Source: an uncultured Candidatus Saccharibacteria bacterium (GTDB lineage: Bacteria; Patescibacteriota; Minisyncoccia; Phycocordibacterales; UBA12088). Taken from it: a stretch of 44,372 nt of DNA. How positions within the stretch are numbered: position 1 is the stretch's first letter; each line of letters starts with the position of its first letter. Below the pieces are notes generated by a model. It was not told the DNA's origin and made no database searches. It worked only from the letters and a program-made list of their open reading frames with translations. The stretch lies in assembly GCA_964459075.1 (NCBI GenBank), contig CAYWKE010000004.1, positions 1-44,372 on the forward strand. The letters are read 5' to 3'. A program made the translations under genes and the position numbers. Positions 34,722 through 42,238 of the stretch are shown here, in pieces.

Positions 34722-35931
34722 GTCTCTGCGAACCCCGCTATCCCTGTTCATTCTTGGCTCCCTGTTGGGCACCATCACGAGCGTGGGCGGGTGGCTCCTC
34801 GCGCCCATCGAATCGGTCTACCTATCTCGTCTCACCGATAACGAGTTTTTGATCGGGTGTACGTTCGCGCTTGGCTCGATCGCTTCTGCGCTGCTCGCGC
34901 TCTACCTCGGTCGTTTGTCCGATTGTGTTGGGCGCAAGCGTATCCTCTTGGCTGGTCTTGCGCTTGGAGTTGTGTTCCCCCTCATCTACTCCTTCGCGAT
35001 CAACATAGTGATGTACATGGGCGGGAAGCTCCTGTGGGCGACCACGGCGGTTGCCGCCGGACCCTTGCTGGGCGCATACCTCCAAAGTTTGGTGCAGGGT
35101 CTACCGCAGCGTGGCCACTACCTCTCGCTCTACTACAGCGCCATGTCACTCTCGGGGGCCTTGGGCCACTTTCTTGGCGGCTACATCACGGATGCGTTCA
35201 GCTTTACGGCGACGTTCTTTACCCTCGCTGGTATCTACGCCGTCGCCACGCTTGTGGCGTGGTTCATCCTGCATGAGGATCCGCGCCCGACGGGGCACCT
35301 ACAGCGGGCAGATGAGCCGGAGCCACGCGATCTTTTCTTCGGCATCCGCTACATCTTCACCCGCGTAGCTCTTGTCTACTACTTCATCCTGAATTCCTCG
35401 TTTGCGGTCGCGTATGAGACCAAGTTACTGCTGTGGCCACTCATTGTGTTTCAGTTCACCGAGAGTGCGCAGGTCATGGGGACGATATTTGCCATGACCG
35501 GTGTGGTGGCTTTCGCGATACTCCTGCGCAGTGGGAAGGTCGTTGACCGGTTCGGACCGTACATGGCGGTTCACATCGCTTTTACGAGTGGTATCGTCGG
35601 AGGCGCGTTGATGGGGGTTGCCGATGGGGTGTGGCTGTTTGCGCTCGGTGCATTCTTCTTCACGGTCGCTGAGGCATTCTACGGATCTGCACAAGGGGTG
35701 CTTCTCATCGATCACGTTGACAATCGCTATCGTGGCGAAATTCTTGGGGTTGACCACATACTCGACAGCACACTTTCGGCAGGAGCAATGCTTCTTTCGG
35801 GCGCTCTCCTACTTGTATTTGGAGCCCAATTTGTTTGGCTTATTTTTGTGGCTCTTCTCACCTTAAGTTATGTCGCGGCAAGCTGGTATCGACTTCTTCG
35901 TATACGGGAGTTTTCTGCAATCAAATCTTGA
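34720..35931 (+). CDS. MFS transporter
   Basis: 12 predicted TM segments and a motif-A-like GRLSDCVGRKR between TM2 and TM3. Confidence 0.85.
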   Translation: MSLRTPLSLFILGSLLGTITSVGGWLLAPIESVYLSRLTDNEFLIGCTFALGSIASALLALYLGRLSDCVGRKRILLAGLALGVVFPLIYSFAINIVMYMGGKLLWATTAVAAGPLLGAYLQSLVQGLPQRGHYLSLYYSAMSLSGALGHFLGGYITDAFSFTATFFTLAGIYAVATLVAWFILHEDPRPTGHLQRADEPEPRDLFFGIRYIFTRVALVYYFILNSSFAVAYETKLLLWPLIVFQFTESAQVMGTIFAMTGVVAFAILLRSGKVVDRFGPYMAVHIAFTSGIVGGALMGVADGVWLFALGAFFFTVAEAFYGSAQGVLLIDHVDNRYRGEILGVDHILDSTLSAGAMLLSGALLLVFGAQFVWLIFVALLTLSYVAASWYRLLRIREFSAIKS

Positions 35932-35955
35932 CAAATTGTATATTTAGTGTACGCT
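35928..35955 (+). promoter_or_regulatory. Putative promoter (-35 TTGACA, 16 nt, TACGCT) for the orphan ORF
   Basis: TTGACA at 35928-35933 overlaps the MFS stop; TACGCT is at 35950-35955. Confidence 0.35.
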
Positions 35956-35992
35956 ACGAGCCAGTCACGCCACGCATGGATGGAGAAGGGCT

Positions 35993-36343
35993 ATGGGGTA
36001 TTCCTTACCCAAACCGTTACCCAACTACCTGCGGCAATTTGCCGGCACCTCAACAAAAACCATCGTCGGGAAAATCTTCCCTGGGAGGGATGGAAAAACC
36101 TGGAGAGATGGAATCTCGGTCGAATCCCTCACACTTCACGGTGCCACCAAATGGTACGTGTCGTGCGTCTTGAAGGAGAGCGACGAGCTCGGAAATGACC
36201 TCTGGTTGTACTTCCACTCCGATGGAAAGTGGAGGAGAAGCATGCAACGTTTTCCCAAGGACAACAAGCTCCTCGGGTACTACCCCACTGAGCAAGAGGC
36301 CAGAGGGGCACTCAAAAAGGTTTTGAGTTGTCGCAACTACTGA
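35993..36343 (+). CDS. Hypothetical protein (orphan, AT-richer than its surroundings, has a Shine-Dalgarno)
   Basis: 116-aa ORF with ordinary amino-acid composition. GGAGAAGGG lies 7 nt upstream of the ATG. No family recognised. Confidence 0.45.
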   Translation: MGYSLPKPLPNYLRQFAGTSTKTIVGKIFPGRDGKTWRDGISVESLTLHGATKWYVSCVLKESDELGNDLWLYFHSDGKWRRSMQRFPKDNKLLGYYPTEQEARGALKKVLSCRNY

Positions 36344-36349
36344 AGCAAC

Positions 36350-36373
36350 CGGCCGGAGCATATGCTCCGGCCG
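36350..36373. terminator. Bidirectional palindromic hairpin between the convergent orphan ORF and aspS
   Basis: CGGCCGGAGCAT/ATGCTCCGGCCG, a perfect 24-nt palindrome. Confidence 0.7.
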
Positions 36374-36390
36374 TGATGAATATATGTGCA

Positions 36391-37722
36391 CTACTCCGGC
36401 TTACTGAGCCTTGTATCAATACGATTGATATCGCGCGGGAAGAGAGTTGCTTCTTTGACACTCTCAAGACCCAGGAACTTCTGGGTGAGTCGCTCAAGAC
36501 CCATACCCCAGCCGCCGTGCGGGGGCATGCCAAACTTGAAGGCTTGGAGGTAAAACTGGAAGTTCTCAGGATCGAGCCCCTTCTCTTTGAGTCGCGTGAG
36601 GTACTGATCGTACTCATGCACACGTTTTCCTCCCGTCGTAATTTCAACGCCACGGAAGAGGAGATCGAACGAGAGTGTGTGGTCGGGATCTTCCGGATCG
36701 ACGAAGGTGTAGAAAGGACGCTTCTTCGTTGGGTAGTGGGTGATGAAGATAAAATCGCTCCCCAACTCGCGCTTGGCGTAGTCGCACAGCCAGCGCTCGT
36801 GGGCGGGCTCAAGATCTGGTTCCTCGGTGCAGTCCTCGCCTGTCTCTTTTGTGATGAGACGTTGTGCGTCCCGGAATTTCATGCGAGGGAAGGAGTCGGG
36901 TGTCATGGGAAGCTCGGCGCCAAGTGTGGCGAATTCAGCTTCAGACGTCGAGCGGAGACGTGTGACGATCGTCTGCAGTGTCTGCTCGAGAACCGCCATG
37001 ATGTCCTCGTGGCTTTCGATAAATCCCATCTCGGCATCGATGGAGGTGTACTCGTTGAGGTGCCGTGTGGTGGCATGGAGCTCAGCGCGGAAAACGTTCC
37101 CGGTGGTGAAGACGCGCTCGAAGGCTCCCACCATGATCTGCTTGTAGAGCTGTGGGCTCGTGGCGAGGTACGCATCCTGGTTTTTGAGATACTCAACCCG
37201 AAAGACGTTCCCGCCACCCTCGGCATCGTCCCCCACGATCTTAGGTGCCTGAATCTCGGTGAAATCCTGGGCGTACAGCCCGTCGCGGTAGCCGCGAATG
37301 ATCTCGCTCTGCACTTTGAAGATTGCGTGTTCGCGCTTCCTCTTGTGTGTGAAGGGGCGGTAGTCGAGGTTGGTGTCGATGTTGATGTCAGCGTTGAGAT
37401 CGAAGGGCAACTCCTGAGCTCGTGAGAGTATCTCGATTCTGGTGATCTCAAGCTCGATGTCGCCGTTTTGAACGCCTTCCTTGCGCATCTTCTCGGGCCG
37501 CTCGTTGACAATGCCTGTGACATTGACGACCCATTCAGGCCGCAAGGTCTTGGCTACTTCCAAGACCTCGGGCTTGCCGAAGACGACGCCCTGGATGAAG
37601 CCAGAGCGGTCGCGGAAGTCGAAGAAGGCCATTTTTCCCTGATCGCGCGCGGTGTCGACCCACGCGCCGATCATGACCTCCTCTCCCTTGTGTGAACTGA
37701 GCTGTGCGATGAGTGTACGCAT
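36391..37722 (-). CDS. aspS: Aspartate--tRNA ligase, archaeal/eukaryal-type (short, ~440 aa)
   Basis: N-terminal OB fold. Class II motifs FRAE, QLYKQ and GGWGMGLERL. It lacks the bacterial-type insertion domain, judged by length. Confidence 0.92.
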   Translation of the reverse strand: MRTLIAQLSSHKGEEVMIGAWVDTARDQGKMAFFDFRDRSGFIQGVVFGKPEVLEVAKTLRPEWVVNVTGIVNERPEKMRKEGVQNGDIELEITRIEILSRAQELPFDLNADINIDTNLDYRPFTHKRKREHAIFKVQSEIIRGYRDGLYAQDFTEIQAPKIVGDDAEGGGNVFRVEYLKNQDAYLATSPQLYKQIMVGAFERVFTTGNVFRAELHATTRHLNEYTSIDAEMGFIESHEDIMAVLEQTLQTIVTRLRSTSEAEFATLGAELPMTPDSFPRMKFRDAQRLITKETGEDCTEEPDLEPAHERWLCDYAKRELGSDFIFITHYPTKKRPFYTFVDPEDPDHTLSFDLLFRGVEITTGGKRVHEYDQYLTRLKEKGLDPENFQFYLQAFKFGMPPHGGWGMGLERLTQKFLGLESVKEATLFPRDINRIDTRLSKPE

Positions 37723-37734
37723 ATTCTAGTTTGT

Positions 37735-37769
37735 TAGGCGCTAGGCTTTAGGCACTAGGCATTAGGTTT
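37735..37769. repeat. Five tandem heptamers TAGGCNN spanning the S51-peptidase stop and the spacer before aspS
   Basis: TAGGCGC TAGGCTT TAGGCAC TAGGCAT TAGGTTT, read directly. Confidence 0.9.
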
Positions 37770-38423
37770 GTTAAACGAATCTACCGTCCCTTCGCCGACA
37801 ACTTCGACCTCGCCATCGACGACTGCGAGTGCGGAGGTGTCGTCGACCGCGTAGAAGGTCTCTTGTATCGAGCCGGCAATGTCCTCCATAACGCCCTTAC
37901 GGGCGTTCGGGAAGTCATGTGAGTTGTAGTGGGGGCGGAAGTGAAAAGGGACGAAGTTGAGGGCGGGTTTGCCTGCGTAGCTCTTGTCTTCATAGTACAT
38001 GTCAATATCTTCTGAGGAAACGAAGGTCGTGGGGCCGGTCACAATCGAGCCCGCACTGATGCCGGCGTAGACACGGGTCTCAAGAAGTCGTGGCAGCTCT
38101 GTATCAAGCCCAGCTTCGCGCATGTGGTCAATGAGGTGGTGCGTATCGCCGCCTGAGAAAAAGAGTACATCAGCCGCTTCGAAGCGCGGGAGCCACTCCT
38201 CTTTTTTGAGCGCAGAGAAATCGACAACGTCAAACTGCTTGAGGCCCTGCGCGTGAATGCGCCAGATATCGTTCACGAACCAGGTCTTGTTCCCCTCGGT
38301 CGGGTTCATTGCGGTCGGGACGAATGTGATTGTGGTCTCGCTTGCGGGTTTTTCGACGAGCGCAAAGAGCTTCGCTGCAATACTCTCAGTCGAGAGGCCG
38401 TTTGAGGTGAGAAGTAATTTCAT
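37755..38423 (-). CDS. Peptidase S51 family protein (dipeptidase E-like)
   Basis: LLLTSNG start, FSGGDTHHL and nucleophile elbow YAGISAGS, as in PepE/cyanophycinase-type class-I amidotransferase-fold peptidases. Confidence 0.83.
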   Translation of the reverse strand: MKLLLTSNGLSTESIAAKLFALVEKPASETTITFVPTAMNPTEGNKTWFVNDIWRIHAQGLKQFDVVDFSALKKEEWLPRFEAADVLFFSGGDTHHLIDHMREAGLDTELPRLLETRVYAGISAGSIVTGPTTFVSSEDIDMYYEDKSYAGKPALNFVPFHFRPHYNSHDFPNARKGVMEDIAGSIQETFYAVDDTSALAVVDGEVEVVGEGTVDSFNKPNA

Positions 38424-38441
38424 ACAAGTGAATTAGACACG

Positions 38442-38526
38442 AAAATCGCCCCTTCGAACTCATCTGCCCGTGCTCATATCCGGAGGTTTCACCTCTGGAC
38501 AAAGCTGATGAATTCGCAGGGGCGAT
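38442..38526 (-). terminator. T-box terminator: long interrupted hairpin followed by a U-tract
   Basis: Minus strand: AUCGCCCCU (38526-38518) pairs with AGGGGCGAU (38453-38445). GAAUUCAUC (38515-38507) pairs with GAUGAGUUC (38464-38456), including a U-G wobble. An inner hairpin is capped by GAAA. UUUUC follows. Confidence 0.75.
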
Positions 38527-38800
38527 CTCAAGTGTGCGGGTTATTCTGCCCTACTTGGCCGCGGTGCCACCCTGGTTTGTTGCTTCATTCTTGCGCTGTG
38601 TCGGGCGCGCCCGGAGGGGTCTACTGGTCTGCCCCAAAACACATGTGGCAAACGTTCTTCCCTCGTCCTCGTCGGTGTCAGCCGGGTCGGGGGACGTAGG
38701 TATGACCATAAAACAAAGTTGTCTTCTCTGCAAGTCCTGACGACGTTAACCGGCGCTTGCGCGCCGGTTATCTCGTTCATCCCCAAGGTTCTTCACCGCG
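38442..38800 (-). promoter_or_regulatory. T-box riboswitch leader (probable tRNA-Asp specificity) controlling the S51-peptidase/aspS operon; 5' boundary uncertain
   Basis: AGGGUGGCACCGCG (38573-38560) matches the conserved T-box sequence. Antiterminator helices A1 (CAGGG/CCCUG) and A2 (GCG/CGC) flank a 7-nt UGGCACC bulge. The competing terminator shares the CGCCCCU segment. GAA-GAC-A at 38726-38720 is a Specifier-like string. Confidence 0.75.
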
Positions 38801-38939
38801 GGCAGCCTGGTCGCCGACAAGCTTCCCGTCGAATAGAATTGTTCCGACGCTTCCCAAGCATGGCACTAACCATGGCCAAGACCACAGTACAGCCACCACG
38901 ATGGGGAGAGTTGTGCTAAGCAACAACGTTTTTGCACTC

Positions 38940-38945
38940 ATTATA
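38940..38945 (-). promoter_or_regulatory. Perfect TATAAT hexamer that could start the long leader transcript
   Basis: Minus strand reads GGAATAATATAATGAGTGC. No convincing -35. Confidence 0.3.
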
Positions 38946-39025
38946 TTATTCCTCCCAATTCTCAGCGTCTGTGATGCTTCGCAGACGGTTCCTGGTGGCC
39001 AGTGTGCAATCTCGATCGTAACTTG

Positions 39026-39982
39026 TCAACCAATATTCACCCCAAGCCGCTCTTTCACCAGTGCTATCTTTTCTAAGGCTAGATTCCTGGCCTTTTCGCT
39101 CCCTTCCTCGATGACCTGCAGGACCTCGGTATCGGTGATACTGTTGCGACGTTCGCGCATCGGGCCGAAGTAGGCTTCGATATCTTCGATGAGGGCTTCT
39201 TTGAGGGCTTTGTACTTCCCTTCGTGCTCCTGGTAGAGGGGTTCGAGCTCGGCTTCGCTTTTGAGGAGTTTGTGAATGGCGTAGACGTTCTCAGGGCGGG
39301 TGCCGGAGGAGTCGGTGACAATGCTCATGACCGCTTTGGCGATGATGTCCTTCGGGGCGAACAAAGGAATGGTGTTCTTGTAGCTCTTGCTCATTTTCTG
39401 GCCGTCGGTCCCGGGTACAACGCCCACGCCCTCGATGATCTTCTCCTGGGGCATGTTAAATGTCCCGCCGTAGGCTTGGTTGAACTTGGTTGCGGCCTCG
39501 CGCGTATACTCCACGTGCTGCTTTTGGTCGTGGCCCACGGGCACAATGTCGGTGTCGTACAGCAGAATGTCCGCCGCCATGAGCATGGGGTAGTTGAAAA
39601 GGCCTGCGGTGGGCTCGATGCCCTTGGCGATCTTGTCTTTGTATGAGTGAGCCTGCATCAAGAACGGCACCGTGACGAGACACTCGAATATCCACGCGAG
39701 CTCGGTGTGCTCGGGGACGCGTGACTGCTGAAAGATGATGGCTTTCTCAGGGTCCACGCCAGTCGCAAGGTAGTCCTTCACAACTTCAGGGATGTTACGA
39801 CGTAGGACCTCCGGGTCGCGCACGGTGGTGAGCGCGTGGTAGTCGACGACCATGAGAAAGCTCTCGTATTCCTCGTAGAGGTCCACGAATGGCTTCAGGG
39901 CGCCGAAGTAGTTACCGATGTGGAGTTGCTCACCCGAAGGTTGGAGACCCGTGAGGAGGCGCTGTTTGAGAGTATCCCTCAT
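39026..39982 (-). CDS. trpS: Tryptophan--tRNA ligase
   Basis: LTGLQPSGEQLHIGNY (HIGH) and KMSKS motifs; 318 aa. Confidence 0.95.
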   Translation of the reverse strand: MRDTLKQRLLTGLQPSGEQLHIGNYFGALKPFVDLYEEYESFLMVVDYHALTTVRDPEVLRRNIPEVVKDYLATGVDPEKAIIFQQSRVPEHTELAWIFECLVTVPFLMQAHSYKDKIAKGIEPTAGLFNYPMLMAADILLYDTDIVPVGHDQKQHVEYTREAATKFNQAYGGTFNMPQEKIIEGVGVVPGTDGQKMSKSYKNTIPLFAPKDIIAKAVMSIVTDSSGTRPENVYAIHKLLKSEAELEPLYQEHEGKYKALKEALIEDIEAYFGPMRERRNSITDTEVLQVIEEGSEKARNLALEKIALVKERLGVNIG

Positions 39983-39988
39983 GCGGTT

Positions 39989-39997
39989 AGTCTAGCA
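39989..39997 (-). promoter_or_regulatory. Extended -10 (TGcTAGACT) 6 nt upstream of the trpS ATG
   Basis: Minus strand reads CTGCTAGACTAACCGC then ATG (39982). Confidence 0.4.
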
Positions 39998-40016
39998 GAA
40001 AAACGGGCAAATTAAA

Positions 40017-40039
40017 GCGCCGCGCCGAAGGCGCGGCGC
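40017..40039 (-). terminator. Rho-independent terminator after the histidine kinase gene
   Basis: GCGCCGCGCC / GGCGCGGCGC stem. On the minus strand it is followed by UUUAAUUUGCCCGUUUUU. Confidence 0.75.
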
Positions 40040-40072
40040 CCTGATACCCATACTCACCCCTCATACTGAAAA

Positions 40073-41773
40073 CTAGTACTCCCCCACCTGCTGCTCATGC
40101 TTATCGGTGATCGGTAAAGTGAAGCTGAAAGTCGAACCCTTCCCTTCCTCGCTCTCGACCCAAATCCGCCCCTTGTGTGCCGAGATGAGCTGCATCGCAA
40201 TATAGAGTCCGAGGCCTGTACCTTGGACGCTCGCTGAATTGGCATTCTCGGCACGAACGAACTTCTGGAAGAGGTCGGGCAGGTTCTGCTCGGGAATGCC
40301 GATACCAGTGTCGTGCACGCTCACCTGCATCTCCGCCATGTTGGGCAGCGTGACTGACACGGTGATCACGCCTTCTCGCGTGTACTTGATCGCGTTGTCG
40401 ATCAGGTTCGTCACCACCTGCTTGATCTTACTCCGGTCGGCGTGCACCTGTACGGAGTGCTCGAGGAGTTGCGTCGAGAGCGCAAGCTGCTTCTCTTCGG
40501 CAACGAGCTTGAGGTCCTCGGTCGTGTTCTCGATCAGTTCGTTGATATCGAATGGTTGGAAATCATACTTCATCCTTCCCTGCTCGATACGCGTTACGTT
40601 CAAGAAATCATCAACGGCGACCGACATCATCTTGCCAGAGCGGAGGATCTTGGTGAGCGCGCCACGCACCTTGCCGCTGATAGGGCCAAACGACCCTTCG
40701 AGGATGAGCGAGCTGTACCCGGTTATGGCGGTCAAGGGACTTCGCATCTGATGGCTCGCGATCGAGACGAATTCGGTCTTCATTGTGTCAAGTTTGGTCA
40801 AACGATCGTTCGCCTTAGTGAGCTTGTTCACAAGGAGTTCGATCTCGCTACGCTGTTCCAGCTCGGTCCGTATCGCTCGTATCAGTTGGATGCCCAGGAT
40901 AGCAAACAGGACAAGTGTAATGAAAATGACGATACGAATGGTCTGTATGTCTTGTAAGAAGATGAGGGAGAGGATCAGAAGCCACAGACCGATGACCAGC
41001 GCCTCCGCTGAGAGTACCTGAACCTGGAATGTTTTTGAACGGACGATCTGCATTCCAACAATTCCCATGAAGAAGACCATTCCAAACAGGGCGTACATCT
41101 CCAAGCGAGAGTCGGTCAAGTACCCCAAGGTAGTCAGGTGGGTAACGATGAAGGTAGTACTCACAAATACGAATAAGAAGAACTCGATGCCGATACCCAT
41201 GAGTGTTATCTCGCGCCTTCGCTCGGGCGAAGCACGACGGTAGGTAAGCACTATGAGCACGAATATCCAGATGATCGAAAGGTATCCGATCCCCGTGTAG
41301 TAGAGCTTGTACCAGAAGCCCTCATACACGAATGCATCACATCCGACCAGATCAAACCCTCTTACGCTCGCGTCAAGGTGCGCGAGGAGGAACACGGGTG
41401 CCAAGAGCCCGAGGATCGTTGCTTTCACAGAGAACGGAGCATCTCGCTCGTACAGGAACACGTACATGAAGTACACGCACACAAGCGCCATGAGCGCTTT
41501 GAGGATGCCAAAGAATGGCCAAATAAACGCAATGAGCTCTCCGTGTACGTTCGTCCAGGCGATCAAACTAAAAAAGGTCCACGCAGAGAAACACAGCGCT
41601 ATGAGCAAAAGGAGTCGATTCAGAAGGCTGCGTGGTGACGTAGCAAATACCAGGAACCCGATCACGAGTGCAAGTATGGTTGTCGGGATGTGGGAATAGT
41701 AGAGGATGGCCGGAAGATCCGGAGCAAAGAAGAAATACGTTGGTGCTTCAAAGAGGTAGCACTGCATGATCAA
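40073..41773 (-). CDS. Sensor histidine kinase with multi-TM N-terminal domain
   Basis: About 7 TM helices, a coiled linker, the H-box SIASHQMRSPLTAI, and N/G1/G2 boxes NLIDNAIKY, DTGIGI and GTGLGL. Confidence 0.9.
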   Translation of the reverse strand: MIMQCYLFEAPTYFFFAPDLPAILYYSHIPTTILALVIGFLVFATSPRSLLNRLLLLIALCFSAWTFFSLIAWTNVHGELIAFIWPFFGILKALMALVCVYFMYVFLYERDAPFSVKATILGLLAPVFLLAHLDASVRGFDLVGCDAFVYEGFWYKLYYTGIGYLSIIWIFVLIVLTYRRASPERRREITLMGIGIEFFLFVFVSTTFIVTHLTTLGYLTDSRLEMYALFGMVFFMGIVGMQIVRSKTFQVQVLSAEALVIGLWLLILSLIFLQDIQTIRIVIFITLVLFAILGIQLIRAIRTELEQRSEIELLVNKLTKANDRLTKLDTMKTEFVSIASHQMRSPLTAITGYSSLILEGSFGPISGKVRGALTKILRSGKMMSVAVDDFLNVTRIEQGRMKYDFQPFDINELIENTTEDLKLVAEEKQLALSTQLLEHSVQVHADRSKIKQVVTNLIDNAIKYTREGVITVSVTLPNMAEMQVSVHDTGIGIPEQNLPDLFQKFVRAENANSASVQGTGLGLYIAMQLISAHKGRIWVESEEGKGSTFSFTLPITDKHEQQVGEY

Positions 41774-42165
41774 AAAAAGGTTTCCTCAGTGGTCTCCGGT
41801 GGCCTGTCGTGCTCGGTCAAGGTCTCGCATTCGTCACCGTAGGTAGCGTGTGGGCAGTAGTAGATGACGCAGTCCTCTTCAGTGTCGGTGCATGCTTCAG
41901 CTGCTGCACAGTCGAGCACGCTGTCACCGCAAAACTGGCGGATGACGCGGGCACTCCGCTCGATGGTTGAGTAGTAGAACGGTTCAGTGCAAGCCTCGTC
42001 CTCGCAGTACACAAAACATTCCTCCGTGTATGGATCGCATGGCCCCTCGTAACTTGCCAGGTAATCGTATGAATATAGAAAGCGGTGATAGGAGGCCGCG
42101 ACCGAGAAGATGACCAGTGTGGTCAGAGCGATGGCAAAGTAATGCTTTTGAAAGAACGCGCGCAT
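41770..42165 (-). CDS. Cys-rich, acidic, membrane-anchored hypothetical protein
   Basis: 131 aa. One N-terminal TM segment followed by an extracytoplasmic part with 10 Cys and many D/E/Y. Its stop overlaps the kinase start (ATGA). Confidence 0.6.
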   Translation of the reverse strand: MRAFFQKHYFAIALTTLVIFSVAASYHRFLYSYDYLASYEGPCDPYTEECFVYCEDEACTEPFYYSTIERSARVIRQFCGDSVLDCAAAEACTDTEEDCVIYYCPHATYGDECETLTEHDRPPETTEETFF

Positions 42166-42190
42166 GGTTCCGCGTTGTTACAGTAGGCTT

Positions 42191-42199
42191 ATTGTAGCA
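42191..42199 (-). promoter_or_regulatory. Extended -10 (TGcTACAAT) upstream of the Cys-rich/kinase pair
   Basis: The reverse complement of 42191-42199 reads TGCTACAAT, 25 nt before the ATG. Confidence 0.4.
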
Positions 42200-42238
42200 G
42201 AGCGCACAGGTCGAGCGAGCAAGTGCCCGTGTATAACC

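Noticed and set aside
36328-37425. 365-aa ORF antisense to aspS
   Set aside because: The minus frame encodes an unmistakable class II AspRS. The antisense frame is a GC-driven open frame.
38424-39025. RNase P RNA or tmRNA in the large non-coding gap
   Set aside because: I looked for the P4 strands (GGAAAGUCCGGGC and ACAGAAnCCGGCUUA) and for a tRNA-like acceptor/T-arm with a tag ORF. Neither set is present on either strand. The GGUGGCACCGCG segment fits a T-box instead.
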